From positions 87,916,001-87,980,000 of the forward strand of contig OZ360229.1 of NCBI GenBank assembly GCA_977017645.1: DNA of 64,000 bases, given 5' to 3'. Positions 52,150 to 64,000 of this stretch are shown here, in pieces (position 1 is the first letter of the stretch; the number at the start of each line of letters is the position of its first letter). The DNA comes from Torpedo marmorata (Eukaryota). The notes beneath the pieces were generated by a model. The model searched no databases. It was not told the origin of the DNA and saw only the letters and a program-made list of their open reading frames with translations. The translations under genes and the position numbers were made by a program.

Positions 52150-52845
52150 CAGGTATGGAATTGGTTACCGATGACAGAGGAGGTGCTTACTCTAGAGGTA
52201 AGCAAGGGCTTGACAAGATATTCCCTCAGACTTTGAGGGGGGCTCATACAGAAAGTGTAGGGGCCCAAGCAGAGATATTTAAAACTTCCTTTGCCAAGGG
52301 TGAGGTTCCGGAGGAGAGCTAATGTTCTTTTTTTTTTTAAATAAAGAAAGGCTCCAAGAATAATCTGGGAAATTATAGGCCGGTGAATCTGTCAACAGTA
52401 ATGGGCAAGTTAGAAGGTATCCCAAGAGATTAATTTACATGGATAGGCAGGGACTGATGAAGGATAGTCAACATGGCTTTGTGCATGATAGGTCATGTCT
52501 AATCAATCTTAGAGTTTATTTTCCTCCCCAAGGAGGTTACCAGGAAAGTTGATGAAGGAAAGTCAGTGGACGTTGCTAACATGGACTTTAGTAAGGTCTT
52601 TTACAAGGATCCACATGGGTGCTTGGTCCATTGTTGTCTGTCATTAATGTCAATGATTTGGATGATAATGTGGTAAACTAGATCAACAAATTTGCATGTG
52701 ACACTAAGATTGGAGGTGGAGTGGACAGTGAGAAACACTCTCAAAGCTTGCAACAGAATCTGGACCAGCTGGAAAAATGGTCTGTAAAATGGCAGATGGA
52801 ATTGAAAGCTGACAAGTATGAAGTGCTGCACTTTGGACATGCAAG
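52150..52845 (+). mobile_element. CR1 RT fragment with internal deletion
   Basis: GNYRPVNL, SQHGF, MDFSK, KFA.DTKIGG and WQME. Confidence 0.85.
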
Positions 52846-53779
52846 ACACACAAATGTTTAACAGCACTTTGACAAATTTCATTTTTCAAAGCTGTGCTCA
52901 AGCCATAACATCCAATTTATTTGTGGAACACCTACTCATAACATATACCAACAACATTTTGCAACCTTGACAGCAATTAGTTAAAGCAGAATTAGAAAAT
53001 CATGCAACAGTTCAAATCAAGTTGTGGAAGCCATCAAACAAGTCTTTGTTTTTGAGATTTGCAAAAAGGATTAAATTTCCTTTCTTTGACCAAATTCAGG
53101 ATGCAAGAACTGAACAATTACATTGTTAAATTATTGTGCAGAATTCCTCTGAACTGTACTCTAAATGAGATGCATTTCTGTCAAAGCAAACTAAGCAAAT
53201 CAATTCCCAGTTAAATTGATTGACATCGACCACCAGGATATAATCCACAAGTCAAAATTCACTGGGCAGTAGTCATTATCACAGAGATCTGCTTTTCAAA
53301 CATTGGTTATTTCTGTGTGTTCAGCAACATTGACCCAAATGCTGTGGGACTTCCTCTCAAAAGGTCCCACCTCTCCAACACACTCCTTTAATCCAGGTAA
53401 GTATTTGGTCACCTGTTCTAATATTGAATCCAAAGCATCCCTGACCATGTACTGAGCTGTCACAGCTCAAGAAACTCCCAGGATGAGCAGACCTGAGACA
53501 AGCTTACAGTGAAGGCCAATGTAACTGTACCTAGATAAGGTATATATACACATATATAGCGAGCTAGTTTTAGGAGCCCGTTTCGGAATATCTCCACTTA
53601 GGTTCCTCAATGGCAAACCCCTAAAAACACAGACACTTCAGTTTCAGGGAATAAACAAAGTCCATTCCTAGTTCAATAAATAAAGAGAAGGCCATATGCC
53701 CCACATTCACTGGAGGGATGGATGAACCAAGCATTCTGTTTACTCTCAAGCCAGCACCTGCAATCCTGAGACCTAGTTG

Positions 53780-54165
53780 GATCCCTCTTTCACATGCCTA
53801 ACACCAGACCACAGATCAAGACTCTCCATTCCAAAGTCTGGTCTGTCTTGTGAAGAGATTTACCAGGTGAACAGAGGAAAAGATGCAAGGATTTGCTCAA
53901 GGCTTTCTTGAAGAAATGCAACATTCCCATGAACTCCTGGGAATCCCCAAGCAAAAACCAAAGTGGCAGTGGTGCATTCTGGGTGGCATTGAGAACCTGG
54001 AGCGCCATACCTCAGAAGCACAAGTGGAGGAAAAAATCCACCCCCTCGCAAATCCACCTGCCCACCCTTTCAGGCACCTGCCCCATTTCTGGAAGAGTCA
54101 AGAGTTCCAGCTGAGGCCTCATCAGCCACCTCAGGTACCAAAACACTGGAGTGGAAACAAGTCAT
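53780..54165 (+). mobile_element. RTE (BovB-like) LINE 3' fragment
   Basis: GEQRKRCKDLLKAFLKKCNIP.NSWES followed by a zinc-finger-like ending GLISHLR. Confidence 0.7.
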
Positions 54166-54214
54166 GCCATAGACTGGTCTATCAGTTAAATGGTGAAAAA
54201 TCACAGCATACTGT

Positions 54215-55392
54215 TGTGCAGATACACCTGGGAGTGCTTGTTCATGAATCACTAAAATTGAGTTTGCAGGTGCACTGGGTAATCGAGAAGGCAAATGGGA
54301 TGTTGGCCTTCAATAATAGAAGGATTGAATTTAAGAGCAGAGAGATTCTGCTGCAACAGTACAGCGTGTACTTGTAAGGCCGCATCTAGAGTACTGTGTA
54401 CCGGTCTAGTCCCCTCACTTGAGAAAGGGGAGACTGGCTTTGGAGTCAGTGCAGAGGAGGACCACCAGGCTAATTCTGGAGATGAGGGGTGGGGGGGGTG
54501 GGGTAGTGAAGATCAAGTCACCTGGGACTATACTCACTGGATTGAAGATTATGAGGGGATTTTATAAAACAAAATTATGAAAGGGGCAAGAAAGTAGTGT
54601 CCACCGCGAGGTGAGTCTAGATCCTGGGACATGGCCTTGAGATTTAGGGAGATGTGGGACAGAGACAAGGAGGAACTGCTTTTAACAGAGCAGCAAATAT
54701 GTGGAATTCTCTGCCAAAGAAAGCAGCAGAGGCTGCCTCATTAAATATATTTAAGACATCATTACTGTATATACATGTGGAATAGTCAAATTTTGTAGTC
54801 TAATTTTTCGGGTAAAATGTAGGGGGTCGACTTTTACATGCATACTACTTTTAACCATGGTAAGTGCCTGCATTGTTCGGGGCGTCGGGAGCTCGATGGG
54901 CAGGCGGGTGGCAAGTCCATGTTCGGGGCATCAGGAGCTTTGATGGGCGGGCAGGACTGGGTGGTAAGTCTGTATTCAGGGCGTCAGGAGCTCGGATGGG
55001 CGGGTGGCAAGTCTGTGTTCGGGAACTCGGTTGGGCGGGTGGGTGGCGTCTGCGTTCAGAGAGTTGGGAACTCGGATGGGTGGGAGGCCGAGGCGAGAGT
55101 CCGCGGTCGGGCGTCAGGAGCTCCGGTGGGCAGGCGGCCAGGGTCAAAAATAAGAGGGGGGTCAATTTTTAAAAGGCGATATGGAAAATTCCAGATTTTG
55201 GGGCCAAAAATAGGGGAGGTCGACTTTTACACGGTATTGACTGTTACACGCGTATATACGGTAGATGCAAGGGTCATGGGGAAAAGGGAGGTAGGTGGAA
55301 CCGAGTCCATGGCCAGGTCAGCCAAGATCTTATTGAATGGCAGAGCAGGCTCAACAGCCCAAGTGTCCTCCTCCTGCTCCCACGTCTTATGT
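54215..55392 (+). mobile_element. CR1 3' fragment interrupted by a Tc2-like MITE
   Basis: KANGMLAF, RPHLEYCV and WNSLP; the 3'UTR resumes after 55263. Confidence 0.8.
54765..55261. mobile_element. Non-autonomous TcMar-Tc2-like element
   Basis: TIRs CTGTATATACATGTGGAATAGTCAA and TTGACTGTTACACGCGTATATACGG, TA TSD, subterminal GGTCGACTTTTAC repeats, and degenerate GC-rich internal repeats. Confidence 0.82.
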
Positions 55393-58300
55393 AAAATATT
55401 TAGCAGGTTTGACAATTCCACCCGAGGATGGTTTGGGGCGACGTCCAAGTTATGGCAGACTTTGCTCCTAAACGGAAGGCATCCAGTCAAGGAGAACAAA
55501 CCAAGTTCCTGAGAGAGTGACCAAACACACACTCCACTGTGATCGTGCAGTAACTCGCTTTGACTGAGCAAATAGCAAGGACGAGTGAGTCCACCCAGAG
55601 AATATGCAATTGGCATCACTGGGGGGCTTACAAAAGTAGTTTGCATCATAAAAAAGTGTTACCTCTTCCCATCTCATCACCACCTCTTCTGTGAATGCAT
55701 TATAAAATAAAGTTTGAATAATAGGCTCACTTTCCCCCTTCCTCAGTCATGCTCCACCCCAGTTTCCTCACCCTTGCTGATTCTGCCCAAATCTTTTGCC
55801 ATAATCAAAAGCCTCTGAAATTTATCCTCCATTTCTTCCCCTCACATTCACAACGTCCCATGTGTTCTTGCATCGCAATTCACCCGTAATGCATCATTAC
55901 TAGTGAACACATTTCCCCCAGAACCTCATCAGTATCAACTCTATTCCTCAATATTTCTTTTGCCTTTTAACCTATGGGAGGAGACAACCAATCAGTCCTT
56001 TAAGTCAACTAAATCACAGCTGATGTGCACATCTTTATCGGATAGATTAGTTCAGATTAACTCAACAGCCCTCATTATCCTTACTTAACCTATCAGTCCT
56101 CCCCTCACATGAAGCTAACCTCCACTGCTATCGGCCTGCCTGGTCAGGAGCACTTACTTGGATTACAAGCTGCTGATAATTGCTGGCTTTCAGATCCAAG
56201 AAATGGTACACACATGCACGCTTTCTATCCCCTCACGCAAGGAGGAATGTAAATATTGGACACCTGCCAGAAAAACTAAAATTCAACCAGAAACGCTATG
56301 AAAGCAGTGGCCTGATGTACAAACACTGCAAGTGTCAATGATTTCACAGCCATTCAGGCAGGGTGTTGTAAATGGGGCAAAGAACTCAAAGACTTAGGAT
56401 AACACGAATTGAGGAAAGAATAAAATCCCGCAGAACTGTGTGACTTTAATTCCCTAGATTCCAATGGCAGAGTTATAGCCTCCAATATTTATCTACAAGT
56501 CTTCACAATATTGTTAAGCTTTTTTTTTCTACCCCCCAAACCTAAAAATTCCAGGGACTTTTCATCGTCACAGCTTCTATATTAAGACCCTTAAGTCTCA
56601 TTATTTATAATAATGCAAAGGTATATTTTAGTATACCCCTTTCACATCTGTTTCAGTCAACAAACCGTAAATCATCCATTAGTCAGCAGATTAATCATTG
56701 TGCATTAATGTTTCAATACCAAATCAAGAAGCAATTTCACACTAAACCATTTGCCACCACAATATAAAGCTTTGCTTAAGAAACAGCCAATGAGAGTCCC
56801 TTTCCTTGTCTTTTAGTCGAGATAGTAACAACTAGTATTTATATGGATCTTTCAATGTAGTAAAGACTCCTGTGTCACTTCACAGAACTGTTACCAAATA
56901 AAATGTGATACTCAGCCACATAATTAGACATTTATCATTGGTGAAAGAGATAGGTTCAGAAACAGAAGGAAAGACTCAAGGAGCAGATTCCAGAACTTGG
57001 GACCTTAGCAGCTGAAGGAACTGACATCAATGATGAAATTATTAAAACTCGGGGCAGCTCAAGAGGTGGTGGTTGGAAGAGGGAGCAGAGATCTCACAGG
57101 ATGGGAGAAGGGAACCAAAATAGGGATGTATTGAAACCACAGGATAAATTGAAAATAACAAGGACACCCTCACCAACACACTGGCTCATTACAGGCAGGA
57201 ATGTGGAAATACATTGAAATAAGTTAAAAATCAACATTCCTGACTTTTTAAAAATACTCAGAGTCTTTGAAGCTGACGTTAGCCCAGCAGAAACCTGACC
57301 TAATACGATGGCAGAAGTGGGAAGAAATCAGTCTTTAATCCCTGGTAGCAGAAATATCAGACCATTCAATCTCATTCAATTTCAGTGGAGTCAAAAGAAT
57401 CAAGAATGCAAAAGGCAGTGACAATCAGCAGCAAATGTCCTCTTTCACATTTAGCAGTAGCAACCACAGAAATTTCTAGTCCAACATACTTTGAGCTGCT
57501 GCTAAGATGCCACAGTAGCAGAGAGATGAGAAAGCAGAAAAGTCAGGATTGGTTTGCAGGAAGTTAAACAAACATCAAAAAAAACAGCAGCATCAGGAAT
57601 TAGGGTTAAAAAAAGTTGAGATACAACCCAAAAGATTGATAGTTACCCTTTTCAGGCTGGCTGCAGTTATTTCATGATTAGTCGGGTTATTACATGATTA
57701 GCCTCGTCTGAATTAATTTGCGATCTAGCACTAACCAGGAAAACAGTTTTGAAAAGAATGACACAGTCCAGGACTGCCTAGAATGAATAGAATAATCAAA
57801 TTCACACAGGAAGCCAGCACTTACCAGGCCCTTCATTCTAACACACATAACCCTGTGTTGTATCTGGAAGCAATTACACAGAGTTAAACATGATCTAGCT
57901 TCAATCTGCCTTCCACTGAAATTAGTCCGAAGAAATATTTTAAACATTTGTAAAAGGAGATGGCAGGGTCTGTGCAGACTGCCTGGCTAAGTTTACTAAT
58001 TTGCCACTCAAAACAATTCCACATGCAAACTTCTGCATAGTTGCCCAAATTTTAACAGATCTTCACAGGTAGATTTTGACCAATTAGAAGTATCTGAAAG
58101 TAACATTTAAGCAAAGGAATTTTTTTTATGAAACTGCCCACACTCAAATAAACAACCTGCCACTACAATCTCAGTGTCCAAACATTGACCAAGAGTTTTT
58201 TCCACTCGCTATTTAAAGATCTTGATTTAATTTTCTGAAAAGCCTTTTCTTCAGTTAAAATGAACCAATGTTCTTAAATATCTACCAATTCAATTACTGT

Positions 58301-60404
58301 AAAAATAAATTTTACTTACTAATTTAAAACTGGTGCTACTTTGTTTCAGAAATAAAACTCGTTCAGAAAATTGAGGCTTTTCTTTTATGAACTTTTACCT
58401 TGCACTCCTGTAATTTAATAAAAGCAGAAGCATTTCATTGAAGTTTCAAGTGAACATATTTAAGAGAGATTCAATACTACAAGTGTACAAAATATTGTTA
58501 CCTATATGCACTGTGAGCCTGGCAAAAGAATGGGGGAAATAAACAAGTCAGCAGAATGAACACATTATATAGCAGGTTACAGAACAACAGTCATAATCCA
58601 ATTCAAAAGATTTCTTCGAAGAAGAAACTAAACTGAACCAAGTGGAAGTGAGGTCATTTTATCCCAATGTTGCTGGTGAGAAACTCTGGCAGTCCAAACC
58701 CACTCACCACCTGGTTTTATTTTTCATTGGTTTAACTGAAAAATCATGTTGAGTCAAATTAAAATGTGCTGTTATCAATTAATTTCAGAAGAAAAATCAT
58801 TGGCAGACTTGTGATCCTCTGATTCTGTGGTGAGGGATAAAGTTTTGAATGCTGGGCAGATTATGGTAAACACAAACCATGTATTAGAATTCATTCCAAC
58901 CCAAGTGGACCAGAATTCCCCTTTTCCAAGATCAAGCTGCCGCAGCCATCCATGATGCGATCCATCACCATTGTGCAGAAAAATACTCATCTGAAAATAA
59001 TTCTTCATTGAATTGTGAGCAATTAGTTCACAGTATGATCGGAGGTCATTGTTTTTCTGCTAGTTCTTCATGAGCCACCCAATTCTATTCCTACTCTGAC
59101 TGCTTTTATTAAAAAAATAGCTCGTTGACAATTAGATTATATTGGCAGGCTAATGTGAAATATTTGGTGTCTTTGCCAATTACCCAAGAAAATAAACAAA
59201 AGCTACTTAATCCACACAACTACCATGTTTAGAAAGATTGGGGTTGGAATAAATTATTAGAGTTTATCACATCTGTCCACCATTCCAAGCACAGTGAACC
59301 ACTGTGTATAGTTGGTATTGTGATACAAACAAACCTGGTCGCAATGTTGTGTATCAAGACCCCAACTAATGAAGGACCTCCATCTACGAGTTAATCTGTC
59401 ATTTTCTTTTGGTCATTGATAGCCTTTAATATTTTTTAAAAAAAAGATAGGTTGGTGAACAAAAAGATCACTGATGCTCAAGGAAGTTTAATCTCACCGC
59501 ATCACCGTATTCTTTTATTCCCCTTTCACGACAGATTTTTCTACCATCCCTTAACTGAACTTCTATTCACCCAATTACTTCTTGTAGTAATAAGCTTCAG
59601 GTTAACTTTATTCCAGCACTTTTTATTTATCTTTATACATTTGGTATATACTTAAGTTTTACAGTAACCCTTTTAGAAGGGGTAAATGGACTTGTGGAAC
59701 ATCAACATACATGGTTGAGAAGAGGCAAGCAGAGCACAAGGCTGCATCTTGCTTCCAACACCATTAAAAATGCCTTCGGGTTAAGAACCCACGCAACAAT
59801 TCTGTGTGATTGCAAGATCAACAATATACCAGGCCAGAACTGTGACACAGATTATCTACTCGAGTAATCTACTGTCATTTATGGATTCAAACCACATTTG
59901 TGCACATCAGCATTCTTTGGAGGAGAAAGGGTGAGAGAGAAAAAATACAAGAGACATAACCATCGGAAATAATCCTGCATTGAAATTCATAATAAAAGTT
60001 AGGCAAAATTCCATTGGATTCACTACTATGCTCTTAAATTAAACTACCCATTTTAAAATAAACACCTCAAGTTCCTTGTAGGAGGAATAAATCAGAGGTC
60101 ACAAACTTATTTCTTGCCAAAGGAATGTCAATCTGTAGACTTTTTGTTAACCTCGGGACTCAAGACAAGAACCAGAGTAGCAGAAATCCCAAGTGTGTTG
60201 ACAGAGGTCTTTCCAATGAGCAGGGGTTACACGAGCAGGTCAAGATCTTGTGCCTTACTGCAGCACTCATTTCCTGAGCAGCCCAGGATCTTCCAGCAAT
60301 AAAGCTAATGGGACTTCCTAGCATGGCATGTTCAGACTGACAGAGCTGTCTGTCACTGGTCATGAAGAGGGGAAGTGCTGGTTTCGATTAGGAGGTTACA
60401 TTAC

Positions 60405-60413
60405 CAGGTGCCA
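60405..60413 (-). CDS. Candidate 9-nt microexon
   Basis: Minus: branch-like tttaac, about 85 nt pyrimidine tract, then cttattag|TGGCACCTG|gtaatg; frame-preserving. Confidence 0.55.
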
Positions 60414-61636
60414 CTAATAAGCTCAAGAATAAAAGAGGATCAAATGGCAGTGGGGGTGGAGGAAAAGGGGAGAGGGCAAGAGGAACAGACAGACAGAAAG
60501 ATAAGTGGGTTAAATACATTCCTCTAAGAAATTTACTTAAAATATGGAAACTATATTCAGAGGGTGCCCAAATAGAATGGGCAAAACAGCTCCCATAAGG
60601 CACTGCTTTCTTCAGCCAAATGCAGATGCATTTTAATTTGTAATCTGCCACAGCAACCGGCACATGGAAGGACAAAACCAAACAGAAGCAGCATCACACA
60701 GCATTCAAGGCAACCGCTTCACTCCTTACGCCTTTGCTGCATCTTTGAATCTTTCCCTTCACTCTCACACCTCTCTGCTCATTCCTTGAATCCCATCATT
60801 TTACTCCCTACCCCTTTTCCCAGCAATTCTTTCAAGTTATTAAACCTTCATTGAGCATCCTTTAAAAATAAAACTCAGGTGCTACGAGCCAGGATGCTCT
60901 GCTCTAAAGATTTATGCACTTAACTTTTCAAGCAGTAGGAACTCATTATTTCCTTGGCCAACAGAGGTCAGGTGCCAAATATTAACCCCTCCTTCCCTCT
61001 CAACTCAGATTTTCTTTTTTTTAAAATGTCAGCTACACAAATTTTGTACTGCTAGGCTTGTTTAGGCTTCAAGTCCACATAACTCCCTAGTTTAAATCTC
61101 AGAATTATTTGAGATGCTATCCTGATGGCATATTCACACAGTACAACTGCATTGTGAATATGCAGGTAAAGGAGGCCATTCAGCCTCTCAAGCCAATGCT
61201 GCCATTGGATGCTATAGAAAGTTTGGATAGCATTGACTGGGTATTCACACTGGTGAAACTGGACACTGCCAGATACAACATCGCACTCACATTATGGAGT
61301 GGAAATTAGTCCTCGTTTGCCAATGTTAAACTCCTATTGTAGCAGCTTCTGCACTTCTATTCTGCTTGAGACTCTGTGAACTGTGACATTGGGCATCGAG
61401 GTCAGCTTCTGATCTCTCCACATCCAGAATCACACGAGGACAATGCTGCTCATGCCAAGATTTATCTCTTGGTAACTGTACAAACTGAATTCCAGTTTTA
61501 TCACTCCTGACAAAAATGTATATGAATAATATTCCCAATGGTCTTAACCGAAAAACTGCTCTATATAATTTAGCAGCAAGTAGATCAAATAAGAATTTTA
61601 GTTCCATCCAATGCAAGTTGGTTAGTCAGCTTCAGA

Positions 61637-63288
61637 CCATCACCAACCACAAGACTACACCATCTGACTGTGCTGGTGATGCCTCCCTCCCAGATGCACT
61701 GAACAACTTCTACGCGCGTTCTGAGGCGAAAAATTATGTAGCGGCAAAGAAGACCACCCCTCCTCCAAATGATCAGGTGCTGTGTTTTACAGTGGCTGGC
61801 TTGAGGAGAGTGTTAAGCAAGGTTAACCCACGGAAAGCAGCTGGTCCAGATAACATTCCCGGCAGAGTTCTCAGGGGATGTGCGGCCCAGCTGGCTGATG
61901 TTCTCACCGACATCTTTAACATCTCCTTGAGCAGTGCCGTGTTTCCAACGTGCTTCAAAGCCGTTACCATCATCCTCGTGTCGAAGAAGTCGACGGTGTC
62001 CTGCCTCAATGACTACCGCCCTGTCGCACTCACATCTACCGTCATGAAGTACTTCAAGGCTCATCATGGGGCACATCAAGCTTCTGCTGCCCACCTCACT
62101 GGACCCCCTGCAGTTCGCATATAGATCAAACCGCTCTATGGATGATGCCATCATTACCACCCTCCATCTAGCCCTCACCCACCTGGAAAATAAGGACGCG
62201 TATTTTCGAATGCTGTTTATTGACTTCAGCTCAGCATTCAACACGATCATACCTCAATACCTGATAGGGAAGTTGAGCAGGCTGGGCCTAAACAACACCC
62301 TCTGTGATTGGATTCTAGACTTCCTGATGGGAAGACCTCAGGCAGTCCAGATTGGAAACAGCACTTCTAAGGTCATTACATTGAGCACGGGGGCTCCCCT
62401 GGGCTGTGTGCTTAGTCCATTGCTATTCACTCTGCTGACTCATGACTGTGCAGCAAAACACAGCTCAAATCACATCAAGTTCGCTGATGATATGACCGTG
62501 GTGGGCCTTATCAGTAAGAATGATGAGTCAGCATACAGAGATGAGGTGCAGTCGCTAATGGAATGGTGCGGAGCCAACAACCTGCATCTGAATGTAAATA
62601 AAATGAAAGAGTTGGTTGTCGACTTCAGGAGGGCCAGGGGGGATTATTCTCCATTGATCATGGACGGCTCTACCATTGAGGTCGTAAAGAGTACCAAGTT
62701 TCTTGGAGTGCACTTGGCAGAGAGTCTCAGCTGGTCCCTCAACACCAGTTCCATAGTCAAGAAAGCCCAGCAGCGTCTTTACTTCCTGCGAAGGCTGAGG
62801 AAAGTTCATCTCCCACCTCCTATCCTTACTACATTCTACAGGGGATGTTTTGAGAGTATTCTGAGCAATTGCATCACGCTTGGTTTGGTAACTGTACCAT
62901 CTCGGACCGAAAGACCCTGCAGAGGATAGTGAGGGCAGCGGAGAAAATTATTGGAGTCTCTCTTCCTACCATGACAGACATCTACAACACACGATGCATG
63001 AGGAAGGCTAAAAACATTGTGAAGGACTTCTCACACCCCTTTGGTAAACTTTTTTCCCTTTTGCCATCTGGAAGGAGGTACCAAAGCACTTGGGCTCGTA
63101 TGTCCAGATTGTGCAACAGTTTTTTCCCCCCAAGCCATCAGGCTCCTCAATTTTTAGATATATGTGTATTAGCATGTTATAGTTTTTTTTTTATTGTATT
63201 ATGATATTTATGTACATCTGCCCATGGTCCTCGAGAAACGCTATCTTACTGTGTATATGGTAATGAACGACAAATAAAGGTGACTTGA
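61637..63288 (+). mobile_element. Rex1/Babar LINE, 5'-truncated, RT largely present but frameshifted
   Basis: [41 protein letters not shown]; AATAAA and (gactt)n tail; TSD CTTCAGA at 61630-36 and 63289-95. Confidence 0.95.
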
Positions 63289-63660
63289 CTTCAGAACAAG
63301 GTGCTGAGTATCAGAAGTTCAGTCACAATAGGTAAAGTTATCCTGAATTAAAAGGGTATCCCAAATCTGAGAATTACTTTGTGATATACAAAAAGCTCTA
63401 CTTACCACACAACAGAATTTGAGGACGGAAGTCAAAAAGTCAGCACTTTTTATATAAAAAAGATCAGCCTAATGTGGGGGTGAAAACCCACATCCCACAC
63501 TTCTGTGGCACAATGCAATGATACACGTTAAGACAGCCAATTCTTATATATGTTATCCCCACATTACTATCTGCAGACTGAACCAGGTGACAGGAGAGAT
63601 GGTCTGATGTTGGTCAGCAGATACGTTAGCAAACTCCTAATCAGACATGTACAAAGCAAG

Positions 63661-63698
63661 TAAAAAACGAAAATCTGTAGACACCGTGGTTGAAGGTC
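63661..63698 (-). mobile_element. Minimal Penelope-like terminal fragment
   Basis: aatctgtagacaccgtggttgaag is the same fixed end seen at 15760 and 30978; flanked by AAAGCAAG. Confidence 0.65.
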
Positions 63699-64000
63699 AA
63701 AAGCAAGGCTTCATTATCAGAAGATTGGGAATCCACGTGTGCTCTTTCTTGCAATACACATCAGCTGCACTGGGGAAGAAATTATTTTCTATGCAAGGCA
63801 CTCAATCATCAAAGCAGGGTTTAGATAAATACTCAGCACGTCAACACAAGACATGTAGAAAAGCATGCTCTTCAGAGATCAAGCAGAGGTACAAGTTGGA
63901 CAAAATGGAAATGACACGAATGAAGCAGCAGGCACTCTTTGGAGATGGGTCTGGTTCAGGCAATGCCAAACTATTGAAAAATATCAATCAACAAAATATA

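Noticed and set aside
54838-55512. 224-aa Gly/Arg-rich ORF
   Set aside because: It spans the G-rich MITE interior, a TIR and a CR1 UTR; a compositional artefact.
58775-58991. Minus ORF after a plausible acceptor
   Set aside because: The pyrimidine tract is short, there is no strong donor, and I recognise no homology.
60405-60413. Naming the host gene from the 9-nt exon (dystrobrevin DTW-like or elastin VAPG-like)
   Set aside because: I did not find the expected neighbouring exons of either gene downstream in the window.

Overview
Eukaryotic, AT-rich, repeat-dense vertebrate DNA. The repeat set (CR1/HER1-type LINE tails, HE1-like tRNA SINEs, DeuSINE-like remnants, Rex1/Babar, RTE, Penelope-like fragments) points to a cartilaginous fish (shark or ray); this is inferred from repeat content. 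No complete host gene, RNA gene or CRISPR array is visible, and nearly all long ORFs are decayed transposon sequence. Main elements: a 5'-intact L1 (2165-7518, minus) inside a Tigger-like MITE, with part of its ORF2 replaced by an inverted 3' end of a second L1; a full-length decayed CsRn1-type Gypsy provirus (16899-21257); three Rex1/Babar RT fragments; two probable solo LTRs; a Harbinger-like composite carrying two tandem arrays and a MER2-like segment; and a Tc2-like MITE. The signal not explained by repeats is a series of small minus-strand exon candidates (9, 32, 14, 32, 51, 14, 19 and at least 35 nt), several with regulated-splicing architecture (long AG-free tracts, a YCAY cluster, UGC motifs, a hairpin over splice signals). 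They suggest a microexon-rich region of a large minus-strand gene that I could not name. All coordinates were read by hand and may be off by a few bases.
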